From IMG/VR virus record IMGVR_UViG_3300025087_001438, positions 1-51,636 of that record: a DNA stretch of 51,636 nucleotides; one strand, written 5' to 3'. Origin of the DNA: a virus. Lineage: Duplodnaviria; Caudoviricetes. The stretch's first letter is position 1; every line of letters begins with the position of its first letter. A program made the translations under genes and the position numbers. This document shows positions 1 through 8,666 of this stretch, piece after piece. The notes beneath the pieces are model-generated. The model ran no database searches and was not told where the DNA came from. It saw only the letters and a program-made list of their open reading frames with translations.

Positions 1-14
1 TAATTATTATTAGC
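1..14. repeat. 14-bp terminal direct repeat (circularisation overlap), left copy
   Basis: TAATTATTATTAGC at 1-14 is identical to 51623-51636; merging the two copies restores an open reading frame across the junction. Confidence 0.9.
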
Positions 15-404
15 CGAAGCGCCAGCCACATATAACTCATCCAGGTCGTTAAGCATTTGAAAGCGACAACTGGCTGGAGCGTCAGAAATAATGGTGGTCA
101 ATCCGCCGTTACTGTCCAAGTAGCGCAGTGTACCAGCCGTGCCATCGGAATCGTTACTGCCAACTATAATCTTGTCATTGGAGCCATAGCGGTAGACAAA
201 ACCGCCGTAGGTATCAGTACCATTGCCGACTACTGCCACCCGTTCATAGCCATCACGCCGCTTAGCCGAACCTATTTTGGCATTATAAATAGCATTTTTG
301 GTCAGTTTGACTTCGCTGCTTTTGCGTAGTAAGTGGGAGGTGCCAATTTGTAGCCCTCCCGATAAGTCCAGTTGGCGGTTAGGTCTGGGATTATTGCTGG
401 CCAT
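1..404 (-). CDS. 5' part of a tail hub/stabilisation-like protein that spans the origin (continues at 51622..50104; ~640 aa in total)
   Basis: ATG at 404 (MASNNPRPNRQLDLSGGLQ...) is open to position 1 and continues in frame as ...ANNNYLPLTNIDYTLSTSTTRNVYKA into the 50104..51594 ORF; it directly follows the adaptor gene. Confidence 0.8.
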   Translation of the reverse strand, partial: MASNNPRPNRQLDLSGGLQIGTSHLLRKSSEVKLTKNAIYNAKIGSAKRRDGYERVAVVGNGTDTYGGFVYRYGSNDKIIVGSNDSDGTAGTLRYLDSNGGLTTIISDAPASCRFQMLNDLDELYVAGASANNN

Positions 405-405
405 C

Positions 406-1611
406 TTATCTCCTGAAGGAGGTTATGGTCGAGTCTTGGGGTCGGAAACTGCGGGACGTGCCAGCATCCTTACGGTCAATGGTTTTGTAGCGGGCTTTTT
501 CACGCTCGTACAGCCCCAGATATTTAGCATCTTGGGTGATATTAGGGTCAGCTATAGCTCGTTTGCCCCAGTACATAGCTTTGCAGTAGAGCTTGTAAAT
601 ATAAGGGGAGGGAGTTTCAATGACATCACCCTCGGAGTCAATGACCGTAAAGTACTTCCAGTAGTGCAGGTAAAAGACATTAGAGCCAGTGGTTTTAGCG
701 GGGTGTGAGAAGCGGAAACGGTTAACCGAGGTATCTAAGGTCATGGCGACTGGTTTGTCATCGCTAACTGTTGTAGAACTGACAGTATTATCGGCGTACT
801 TGTTGCGGAACTCCTCCATTGGGATGACTGTGATAGTATTGGTTTCATCAATATCGGGGTCGGTAGAAGTATCTGTGAAGTTATAGTCCATGCGGTCAAA
901 CTTCCACATAGATTGTTTGCCATTAGAGTCAGTCGGGAAATTCAGATAGTTAAGGTTGATGGTTCGGGTATGGGCACTGCGGGCGTGTAAGAAAGTGTAT
1001 GGACGGGCTACATTAGCCTGTAAATCGTCATCAACATCGTTAAAGTAGCCCAGATATTCCCTACGGGTAACATGGACTTCTTGGGGGTCGCCAACCTCCT
1101 GTAATATCTCATCTATGATATTGCCGACTTGTTCCCGCCGCCAACCGGTGGCTTTAATCGGGTCTGACTGGGCGCTTTCCAAGGTTGATACGGAATGGTA
1201 GAAAGAAGTTTTGTAATAATAAGCCGAGGTGCCCTGGGTGTCGTCATAAATAGTCTGGAGGCTGAGATTGTCGACATCCATATTTTTGGTAACCAGCAAC
1301 GAGTAAGTACTGCCGCTATCGGTTGAACGGTAAAAGCGTACTTGGTCAAAGGTCATCACATAAACTGGGTCGTCGGCTGAGTGGGCGTAGAGTGTCGTGC
1401 CAACGGTCAGGGTCAGGTTGTCGGCATTGACGGCTGAAACGGTCACTATCTCAGCGGTTTCGGTGCCCATTTCACCAATCATAATCCGGTCATTGGCTGC
1501 AAAGCGGTCAGCGTTCTTGACGATTATGGAGGTGACGCCGACAGAGTAAGGATTGGCTAGGTAAGATTTTTCCCAGTGGGTAGTTTCGGCATTAAATACA
1601 TTTATCCTCAT
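406..1611 (-). CDS. Probable head-tail adaptor/connector-like virion protein with extra N-terminal beta domains
   Basis: 401 aa; helical C-terminal half (IIDEILQEVGD...YKLYCKAMYW...YEREK) resembles podovirus adaptors; lies before the tail-hub gene; preceded by the late motif. Confidence 0.55.
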   Translation of the reverse strand: MRINVFNAETTHWEKSYLANPYSVGVTSIIVKNADRFAANDRIMIGEMGTETAEIVTVSAVNADNLTLTVGTTLYAHSADDPVYVMTFDQVRFYRSTDSGSTYSLLVTKNMDVDNLSLQTIYDDTQGTSAYYYKTSFYHSVSTLESAQSDPIKATGWRREQVGNIIDEILQEVGDPQEVHVTRREYLGYFNDVDDDLQANVARPYTFLHARSAHTRTINLNYLNFPTDSNGKQSMWKFDRMDYNFTDTSTDPDIDETNTITVIPMEEFRNKYADNTVSSTTVSDDKPVAMTLDTSVNRFRFSHPAKTTGSNVFYLHYWKYFTVIDSEGDVIETPSPYIYKLYCKAMYWGKRAIADPNITQDAKYLGLYEREKARYKTIDRKDAGTSRSFRPQDSTITSFRR

Positions 1612-1641
1612 ATTTTAACTATTGCCTATCTAGTACTTTCC

Positions 1642-1656
1642 CACAATAGTCTGTTA
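1642..1656 (-). promoter_or_regulatory. Late-gene motif copy (TAACAGACTATTGTG)
   Basis: Includes the upstream TAA; 29 nt separate its TTGTGG from ATG 1611. Confidence 0.75.
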
Positions 1657-2517
1657 TCGCCATTGCCTAATAGCCCCTCGCGGGTCGGCATTGTTGATAA
1701 TAGTTTGGGGGTTGGAGTTGATGTCTATAAGCGTGGTGGAGGTGGAAGTACTAGAAGTAGATGTCGAGCTAGTCGAGGTGCTATTGGTCGTACTGGTAGA
1801 TATGGAGGTGGAGTTGGAGGTCGAGGTGCTAATCGAACTTGATGTGCTAGAGGTGGATGCGCTGGTGGTACTGGCTGAGGTACTACTGGTCGAAGTGGAA
1901 GTAGCATCACTGGCGATAAAAGTAGCTACTACGGCCGCATAAGTGTTACTACTGGGTCCAGTCCATTCAGCTTGGTACTGAGCTTGGGTAGATACGGTCT
2001 TACTTTCTATGGATAGGGGGTGGCCAGCGATATCTATTTGAGTATAGTTGGAAAAACCGCTGCCGACTCCAGTATCACCTGAATTGCCGCAAGTCACCCC
2101 GACGACCAGTTCATCGCCGTAACTGGTAACGGCTGTATAGCCGGAGGTAACAGGTGTTCCACCAGCGGTTTGACCACTTACTTTATCAAGCACTCCACTG
2201 GTCAAAAGTCCCGACCATTCTTCAACGGCAATTCCTACGCTGCTGGCTATCGAATACTCGATAGTAACGGTATGCCCCGCTCCCCCGACTATATTAGAGG
2301 CGTACCAGATTTCGGCTGTGTTGCCGCTGGCACCCGCCTGTTCCCGTGCTACGGCTCTGGTGAAAGCATTGCCTTTATTGTCGCTGACAGTGATAGTACC
2401 GCCACTGGCTGAACCTTGCCCCGCCGCTATGATTAAAGTATTACCATTAGTGGAGATGAAAGAGGCCGTAGTTTGGGGTGAGCCACCTGTTTTAGTAATA
2501 GTCTGGATAAGTGTCAT
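1654..2517 (-). CDS. Virion accessory protein: beta-rich head, Ser/Thr tract, short C-terminal peptide
   Basis: 287 aa; VSDNKGNAFT...IWYASNI beta-sandwich-like domain, then DATSTSTSS...TSTSTTLID. Confidence 0.65.
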   Translation of the reverse strand: MTLIQTITKTGGSPQTTASFISTNGNTLIIAAGQGSASGGTITVSDNKGNAFTRAVAREQAGASGNTAEIWYASNIVGGAGHTVTIEYSIASSVGIAVEEWSGLLTSGVLDKVSGQTAGGTPVTSGYTAVTSYGDELVVGVTCGNSGDTGVGSGFSNYTQIDIAGHPLSIESKTVSTQAQYQAEWTGPSSNTYAAVVATFIASDATSTSTSSTSASTTSASTSSTSSSISTSTSNSTSISTSTTNSTSTSSTSTSSTSTSTTLIDINSNPQTIINNADPRGAIRQWR

Positions 2518-3275
2518 CTGCTCACCCCTATAGTCGCATGAGGTTGGAGGTTGGTAATTATGCCACTGGTTGAGCTTGTGGAGGTGGAGTTGGAAGTTGA
2601 GCTAGTGGATTGGGAGGTCGACGAGGTTGAAATTGAGGTCGATAAGCTGGTAGACACCGAAGTGCTGGTGCTGGAAGTGGAAAGGCTGGAACTAGTTGAG
2701 GTCGTAACTGATACGGATGTGGTGGTACTGGTGGAAATTGATGATGACGTGGAGGTTGAAGTTGTGGCGTCGGTGTAATAAACAGTCATGCGGATGTGGT
2801 CGATATAGGCGGTAATCGTACCTCCTCCCGTAGGAGCCTGTTTGCGCTCAAATTCTGCGACAATACCATTTATGGTCGCTCCACTTGGAATGGTAAAACC
2901 AAAATTTGTTGCCTTTAGATAGTGGCTTATAGCTGTATCCACTCCGTCAGTCCAAACAGTTGCAATTACTACACCAAAGGTTGTGGCATTGATATCTGCG
3001 TCTGTCCAAGACATCCCCCACAGATTAGAGGAGCTACCAAAAGAAACATAAGCTTCAGTCAAGGACCAAGCAGTACTAGCGCTTTGGTCGGTACCACTGA
3101 TAGTCCCACCCTTGACAATTCTTATCGAATAATCTTTAGGGATAGCTTCAACAGAAAATACTGTGGCATAAGAGTCATCACTAGTTTGGGAATTGTTAGG
3201 ATTACTCCAAGTCTTTGTTCCAATATCAGCAGAATCAGCAGTCGTGCTCGGACTCAGTGGCCCCTGAGAAGCGAT
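2514..3275 (-). CDS. Virion accessory protein with Ser/Thr tract; probable non-canonical ATC start (ORF track starts at TTG 3062)
   Basis: Frame is open from 3290 to 2514; a GGAGG Shine-Dalgarno lies 8 nt before ATC at 3275, giving (M)ASQGPLSPSTTADSADIGTKTWSNP...; S/T tract at ~2565-2765. Confidence 0.65.
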   Translation of the reverse strand: MASQGPLSPSTTADSADIGTKTWSNPNNSQTSDDSYATVFSVEAIPKDYSIRIVKGGTISGTDQSASTAWSLTEAYVSFGSSSNLWGMSWTDADINATTFGVVIATVWTDGVDTAISHYLKATNFGFTIPSGATINGIVAEFERKQAPTGGGTITAYIDHIRMTVYYTDATTSTSTSSSISTSTTTSVSVTTSTSSSLSTSSTSTSVSTSLSTSISTSSTSQSTSSTSNSTSTSSTSGIITNLQPHATIGVSR

Positions 3276-3290
3276 GGTATTACCCTCCCC

Positions 3291-4553
3291 CTAATTATTC
3301 CAAACATTAAAAGACGGTATGGTGACTCTGGGTATGGTCATGTAATCAATTAGGGTGGTGGAGGTGCTGGAGCTTGTGGAGAGTGATGAGCTAGTCGAAC
3401 TAGTGGAGATTGATGTCGATACTGAGGTACTAGTGCTGGAAGTGCTGATTGAGCTGGAAGTTGAGCTGGTGGACAGCGAAGTCGAGCTACTGGTGCTACT
3501 GGTGCTGATAGAAGTCGACTGACTGGTAGAAATGCTGGATGACGTGGAACTGGTAGATATGGAAGTACTGGTTGAACTACTGGTACTGCTGGTACTGATT
3601 GACGTACTGATACTGGTCGAGATGCTGGAAGAAGTACTAATAGAACTAGAGGTCGAACTGGTGGAGGTACTGACAGAGGAACTGGTCGAGCTGGTAGAAA
3701 CCGAAGTGGACATTGACGTACTGGAGGTACTGATGGAGGTCGAAACAGATGAAGAAGTACTGGAAGTCGATGTGGAGATAGAGCTGGAGGTACTAGAGGT
3801 GCTTATGGAACTACTAGTACTGGAAGTGCTGATACTGGAACTAGTACTGGATGTTGAGATAGAGGTGGAAATACTACTGGAGGTGGAACTGGTGGAGATA
3901 GAAGAACTAGTAGAAATTGAGGAGCTAGTGCTAGAAGTACTAGTAGAGATTGAGCTACTTGTAGAGCTTGTGCTGATGGACGTACTAATCGAACTGGAAG
4001 TAGAGGAGGTGCTTATCGAGGTTGAGATACTGCTAGAAGTACTGCTTGTGGAAATTGAAGTGGAGGTGCTAGAAGTAGAGATTGAGCTGGATGTGGAACT
4101 AGTACTAGTAGAGATTGAACTCGACGTACTAGAAGTAGAAATGGAAGTGGAAATCGAAGAACTGGTTGACGATGTTGAGATAGAGGTGGAAATAGAGCTT
4201 GAGGTGGAAGAAGTACTTATTGAGCTACTAGTCGAGCTGGTGCTAATCGAACTGCTCGTACTGCTGGTACTGATAGAACTACTTGTGCTGGAGGTAGATG
4301 TAGAAATAGAAGAACTGGTACTGGAGGTGGAAATAGAGGTCGAGATACTCGAACTAGTTGAGCTGGTAGAAATAGACGAACTGGTACTGGAGGTGGACGT
4401 GGAAACACTGCTACTTGTCGAACTAGTGGAAATAGATGTAGAGCTACTAGTAGAAATTGATGTTGAACTTGATGTGGAGGTTGTTGTAGCATCCGCAACA
4501 TTAGCTGACCCTTGACCGAAGTATGGTTGGCCAAAATAATTTGAGCCAAACAT
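3291..4553 (-). CDS. Serine/threonine-rich repeat (mucin/SRRP-like) protein
   Basis: 420 aa; short MFGSNYFGQPYFGQG head, ~375 aa of SISTSSTSS-type repeats, C-terminal TTLIDYMTIPRVTI. Confidence 0.85.
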   Translation of the reverse strand: MFGSNYFGQPYFGQGSANVADATTTSTSSSTSISTSSSTSISTSSTSSSVSTSTSSTSSSISTSSTSSSISTSISTSSTSSSISTSTSSTSSSISTSSTSSSISTSSTSSSISTSSTSSSISTSISTSSTSSSISTSISTSSTSSSISTSTSSTSSSISTSSTSTSISTSSTSSSISTSISTSSTSSSISTSISTSSTSSSISTSTSSTSSSISTSSSISTSSTSSSISTSISTSSTSSSISTSSTSSSISTSSTSSSISTSTSSTSSSVSTSISTSSTSMSTSVSTSSTSSSVSTSTSSTSSSISTSSSISTSISTSISTSSTSSSTSTSISTSSTSSSISTSQSTSISTSSTSSSTSLSTSSTSSSISTSSTSTSVSTSISTSSTSSSLSTSSSTSTTLIDYMTIPRVTIPSFNVWNN

Positions 4554-4555
4554 GG

Positions 4556-5095
4556 CTACCTACTAGCTATGATAGAGTGTAGAGCGTTTTTATGAGCAGG
4601 GGTTAGATTAGTGCCATATGGAAGCACGCACCAGCTTAGAAATAGCTCAGTCCCGTCTTTTAGGGGAACTTTAACATTAGCGGTTGTCCCGTTACCAAAA
4701 GAGAAGTTATCTGGAAAGTCACCAATCGTTACTGGGCTGCCATCTTTTTTCTTGAGGCTTGGGCTGATATACACTTCCCTCGGTGACTGTTCTATACTCT
4801 CACTGACTATAGTTTCCTGTAGGTCTTGAGCTGTAACAGTTGTCGGGTCAAACGGTAAATGTTGGGTAGCGTGTTCATCACCAATACGCTTTTTGGCCTC
4901 AGCTAGAGTTTCTTTTTTAAGCGTCAGTCTATTAAGACCCTCTTTTTTATGTTGGATTTCTGAGCCGTATTGAGGATTGGGCAGTTGAGCGTGAGCAATA
5001 ATATCATCACGGATTTCCCCAGCGTAGCGACCCTTAGCAATTATCTTGCCTTTATCGTCCCTGATTGTTTCTTTTCCTTCAAAAATACAAAGCAT
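4556..5095 (-). CDS. Hypothetical protein
   Basis: 179 aa ORF with AAGGAG RBS, tightly packed in the operon. Confidence 0.7.
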   Translation of the reverse strand: MLCIFEGKETIRDDKGKIIAKGRYAGEIRDDIIAHAQLPNPQYGSEIQHKKEGLNRLTLKKETLAEAKKRIGDEHATQHLPFDPTTVTAQDLQETIVSESIEQSPREVYISPSLKKKDGSPVTIGDFPDNFSFGNGTTANVKVPLKDGTELFLSWCVLPYGTNLTPAHKNALHSIIASR

Positions 5096-5104
5096 AATTT
5101 CTCC

Positions 5105-5902
5105 TTAACTTACTGCAAAGGTATAAACGTGTAATTCATCAGCACCTAATGTTATAGCCCCATCTCCACTTATGGCCCTAATAATCACATCCGTGATTGT
5201 TGCACTTGGTTGGGCATCGGTTAATGTTGGGTTGCCCAATCCTGAACCAGCTGCTGCTACATTTCCTGTAGTAGCTGCGGCAACGCCCGAACCTTGGAGA
5301 TTATAATTAGCAATTCGTGGGCCTAACCAAAAGTTTGCGGAATGGGCTTCCGCTTGGTCGGTGGCAGTAGTTCTAACCAACGAAACAGAACTACCCGCCT
5401 CACCTATCACTGTAGTATTAAGTTTAACTCCAAAACCATTACTGCTTGCAGCGCCAGTTGTTCTCCTAACTGACACTAAACCAAAGATTGGAATATTTGT
5501 AGCTATGCTAAGTCCAGTAGCTGTCAATAAATCAACCGCTGTGGTGCTAGTAGTGGTAGCTTCGGTGGTATTTCCGCCGACCCGAGTTAGACCTTCGGCA
5601 TCGGTTAGAGTTTTAGCGGTAACCGTAGCCGCTATCTGGTCGCCTACTACAACTGAGCGAGCTGTAGAGCTTTCCTGCGCCCTAGTTATAGTAAAAGTAT
5701 CAGTTGAGATGGTCGTGACTCGGACTATTTCAGCATTGGTCGTTAGAGGCTGTGCCCCAGCAGGCCAGACGGTTGCATTAAAAGGCACAGTTGGAAATTT
5801 AGCGCCATCAGCGGCGGCAACTACTAATGAAGTTCCAGTAGTGGCTGGTGATGGGGCAGTAGCTACTGTTGAGTAAGCAAAGTTTTTATGCTGATCAGCC
5901 AT
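5105..5902 (-). CDS. Tail fibre/virion structural protein
   Basis: 265 aa, Thr/Ala/Gly-rich; N-terminal EIVRVT...DTFTITRAQEST is typical of fibre attachment domains. Confidence 0.6.
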   Translation of the reverse strand: MADQHKNFAYSTVATAPSPATTGTSLVVAAADGAKFPTVPFNATVWPAGAQPLTTNAEIVRVTTISTDTFTITRAQESSTARSVVVGDQIAATVTAKTLTDAEGLTRVGGNTTEATTTSTTAVDLLTATGLSIATNIPIFGLVSVRRTTGAASSNGFGVKLNTTVIGEAGSSVSLVRTTATDQAEAHSANFWLGPRIANYNLQGSGVAAATTGNVAAAGSGLGNPTLTDAQPSATITDVIIRAISGDGAITLGADELHVYTFAVS

Positions 5903-5935
5903 ATATTGTCAGTATGATATAAAAACAGAATAAAC

Positions 5936-5950
5936 CACAATAGTCTGTTA
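5936..5950 (-). promoter_or_regulatory. Late-gene motif copy (TAACAGACTATTGTG)
   Basis: Includes the upstream TAA; 32 nt to ATG 5902. Confidence 0.75.
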
Positions 5951-6898
5951 GAGGGGGGTGATGGTGTTTTCTGGCATTTTATAAATCTCACCGTCTTTGG
6001 GGCAAGTAGCAGTAAAACCGTCTTTGGTGAGCATAATCTCCTTGCACTTAGGGCATCTATAACCCCATATATCAAAGCCCTTACCCCACTTTTCATGGTT
6101 TTGGTTCCACTGCAACTCAGGTATTATTAAACTCTTTATATCTTCCTCATCTCGGACAGACTTGAACGAACTAGACCAGTGATGCCATACCCACGACCTA
6201 GTCGTACCGACACATCTATAGCCAAACATCCTTGCTCGGCAACTGTAATCATAATCTTCGCCTCCGCCTGGGTAATATCGTTCATCTAACATACCGACCT
6301 CTAAAAACTTGGCAGTATCAATTACTGAAGCGTACATCGTCACCCCGTCAATAACCGAACCTGGTTTAATGGTCAGATGTTCGTTTACATAATGTTCATC
6401 TTCAATAAGATGCCGCCAATCCTCGTCAGTATATTTATCTTTATAAGGGATGATGTCAAAGTCATCCCCTGATTCCCTGCCGACTGACCAATCCGCCAAT
6501 CTAATAGAGGCGGGGTTTACAATCATGGCGGGGGTAGTAGGAGTGGCTTCTTCAACTTTCCTGAAAGTTTCTATCACCCCATCCCACCAAGCTGGATGAA
6601 TTAGTTCCACATCGTCGTTCAGCATTAGAAAGTAAGGGGTATCGACTAATCTTATACCCAAGTTGGTTGCTTGGGCGAACCCCAAATTACCAGTGTAATG
6701 AACATCCGACTTTGGAGTTCTTATCACCATTAAATTTTTATATTGGTTTCGTAGCTTAGTAGCGTCTATACCGTTGATAGATTGGTCTATTATGTAGGTA
6801 TAGAAGATATTGTCCGTGTACTCGTACAGGGTTTGGAGCATCCGCTGTACGAGGTCTGGACGAATAATAGGACAAATTACGGTTAAAAGCTTAGCCAT
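5948..6898 (-). CDS. Glycosyltransferase family 2 (GT-A) with C-terminal Zn-ribbon-like motif
   Basis: LTVICP, NLGFAQATNLGI, LNDD, VGMLDERY..GGEDYDYS motifs; C-terminal CPKC...CPKD. Confidence 0.9.
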   Translation of the reverse strand: MAKLLTVICPIIRPDLVQRMLQTLYEYTDNIFYTYIIDQSINGIDATKLRNQYKNLMVIRTPKSDVHYTGNLGFAQATNLGIRLVDTPYFLMLNDDVELIHPAWWDGVIETFRKVEEATPTTPAMIVNPASIRLADWSVGRESGDDFDIIPYKDKYTDEDWRHLIEDEHYVNEHLTIKPGSVIDGVTMYASVIDTAKFLEVGMLDERYYPGGGEDYDYSCRARMFGYRCVGTTRSWVWHHWSSSFKSVRDEEDIKSLIIPELQWNQNHEKWGKGFDIWGYRCPKCKEIMLTKDGFTATCPKDGEIYKMPENTITPL

Positions 6899-7220
6899 TT
6901 TCGGGGGCTTTGTAGATAGCCTCCCCTTGATTGTACTTGAAAAGCTCTGCCTCTTCTACCTCTACCACATCGTCCATTATGAAACCCAGTGTATCTAGTA
7001 TTTCTGGCTTGGTAATCCACTGGCGGGTCTTGGCTACTTCGTCTATTAAATAAACCTTGTCTCCCCCTTGTTTTGTTCGGACTACTCGCTTGCCTTCCGG
7101 TAAAACTCGTGCTGGTTCAACAGTTCCTGTAACTTCTACAGTCGTACTATCTATTTCAACCCCTTCAGCAGCTAGTTTGTCTATTAGTTTATGTAATTGT
7201 TCTACGTCTTCGCGTGTCAT
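6891..7220 (-). CDS. Hypothetical protein with a VYLI-x(5)-RQWI surface-repeat-like module
   Basis: 109 aa; DKVYLIDEVAKTRQWITKPEILDTLG; overlaps both neighbouring genes. Confidence 0.6.
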   Translation of the reverse strand: MTREDVEQLHKLIDKLAAEGVEIDSTTVEVTGTVEPARVLPEGKRVVRTKQGGDKVYLIDEVAKTRQWITKPEILDTLGFIMDDVVEVEEAELFKYNQGEAIYKAPENG

Positions 7221-7699
7221 TACGAACCTCCTTTAATTATATTTAGATTGGCAAATTCGCCATGGTATTTAATTGCTGCTTTATTATATGCTCTGGCTGC
7301 CTCTTTCACATCATCAAATCTCCCTAAAAATATTGAAGAACTATTAGACCAAATACGGGCTATCCACTTATTTTGATGTCGGTATACGCCTTTGTAACCA
7401 GATTTATTATTTCGATTGGGTTTAGGTCTATTATGCTGGTTTTCGGCATGGGTACAAATACGTATTTCGGAGCGTCTATTATCTGTTCTAATGCCATGTC
7501 TATGGTCAACTTCTTCGCCTGGCTGGGCGTTCAAAAGCAAACGGTGCATTTTAATAATTTTCCGCCTGCCATTAATAATCTTATCAGTGATTGCATATCC
7601 ATCTTTATTTAGATGCCAGCCACCAATAGAGTTAACTAACTTTAAGTCCTTATCATCGACTAAAACTTTAGTCCCATTTTTGAGGACAACCTCAGTCAT
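7220..7699 (-). CDS. HNH homing endonuclease with AP2 DNA-binding domain
   Basis: VDHRHGIRTDNRRSEIR (HNH_3-type) plus SGYKGV...WIARI...LGRF...AARAYNKAA (AP2). Confidence 0.92.
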   Translation of the reverse strand: MTEVVLKNGTKVLVDDKDLKLVNSIGGWHLNKDGYAITDKIINGRRKIIKMHRLLLNAQPGEEVDHRHGIRTDNRRSEIRICTHAENQHNRPKPNRNNKSGYKGVYRHQNKWIARIWSNSSSIFLGRFDDVKEAARAYNKAAIKYHGEFANLNIIKGGS

Positions 7700-8666
7700 C
7701 TATAACCTCCTGAATTTTACTCATCATACTATCTAAAGTATACCCCCTATCTATTAAATACTGTCTATAGCTGATGGAATCATATTCTTGGCTAGTAATC
7801 TTATCTATGGCTTGGTCTATGGAATCCCATGTCAGACCGGGCCAGATATCATCAGCTCCAAAAAATCTATGGGGCACGACTTTAATACCCTTCGCCATTG
7901 CTTCAGCGATTGCATAAGAAAACCCTTCTTTCACAGAACCATGCAGAAGAAAATTTTTATCCTCTAGAAATTCGTCAACAGTTTTACCCTCTAAAAGAAT
8001 ATTAGTAAACTCTATATTTAAGTTATGATGTTCTACAAAATCATCAAAATATGCATACTCCCAGTTGGAGTCGCTTCGTTGTCCCAGCCAGTGAATCTTA
8101 TACCTTGGGTCTATTTGTTGAAGTTTCAAGATAACTTGTAAAAGTAGATGCGTTCCTTTAGAGTTCCATTTCTCAGAAACGATAGCTATATCAAAACCCG
8201 GACTACGCTTTTTAAACTTATAGCGACTTAAATCAACTCCACAGGGAATAGTATGAAACTTGGTTTTATCGGTCAATCCAGGTAGGTTAGCAATATTTGC
8301 GACCTCCCTTATATGATTGGCTATAAAAATAACATCATCCACTAAACTCCATCGAGCGGCATGTTGATGGCCTTGCCAAATCTCGATATCAATCGGTCTA
8401 ACGATAATTCTCTTATCTGATAAATCCATGTCGTACAAACTCCACGGTTTGTAATTGGCATTATCTGCCAGTAATGCTTCCCCTGGATTTGTGGCGGAAA
8501 CGATATTGTTATCAGCGGTGTCCATCCATATTAAATCTGCCCATTCATTAGCTAACTGAGGATTCCAGTATCTTTCCGTCTTAACTTCGTGTCCCTGTTT
8601 ACGCCACCAGTTAGCCATATCACTGGTAAATTTCCCGAAATATGGGTCTGTAAGAAGAATTTTCAT
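7692..8666 (-). CDS. Glycosyltransferase, GT-B/GT4-like
   Basis: IPCGVDL, KGTHLL and EGFSYAIAEAMAKG (EX7E) motifs. Confidence 0.88.
   Translation of the reverse strand: MKILLTDPYFGKFTSDMANWWRKQGHEVKTERYWNPQLANEWADLIWMDTADNNIVSATNPGEALLADNANYKPWSLYDMDLSDKRIIVRPIDIEIWQGHQHAARWSLVDDVIFIANHIREVANIANLPGLTDKTKFHTIPCGVDLSRYKFKKRSPGFDIAIVSEKWNSKGTHLLLQVILKLQQIDPRYKIHWLGQRSDSNWEYAYFDDFVEHHNLNIEFTNILLEGKTVDEFLEDKNFLLHGSVKEGFSYAIAEAMAKGIKVVPHRFFGADDIWPGLTWDSIDQAIDKITSQEYDSISYRQYLIDRGYTLDSMMSKIQEVIDD

Noticed and set aside
1-14. Terminal repeat as a biological DTR or att site
   Set aside because: It falls in the middle of a gene, is only 14 bp, and no integrase is present; it is most simply an assembly circularisation overlap.
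57-708. Plus-strand ORFs 57..329 and 298..708
   Set aside because: They are antisense to the origin-spanning tail gene and the adaptor gene, and have no recognisable motifs.
3291-3293. Genome-wide TAG or TGA recoding
   Set aside because: TAG and TGA end many genes cleanly (portal TAG, many ATGA overlaps), and coding density is high under the standard bacterial code.
3532-4515. 327-aa plus-strand V/E/L-rich ORF, and similar ones at 1691, 2551, 24116 and 50591
   Set aside because: These are antisense shadows of the Ser/Thr codons. They coincide with the tracts, oppose the operon direction and lack an evident RBS or promoter.
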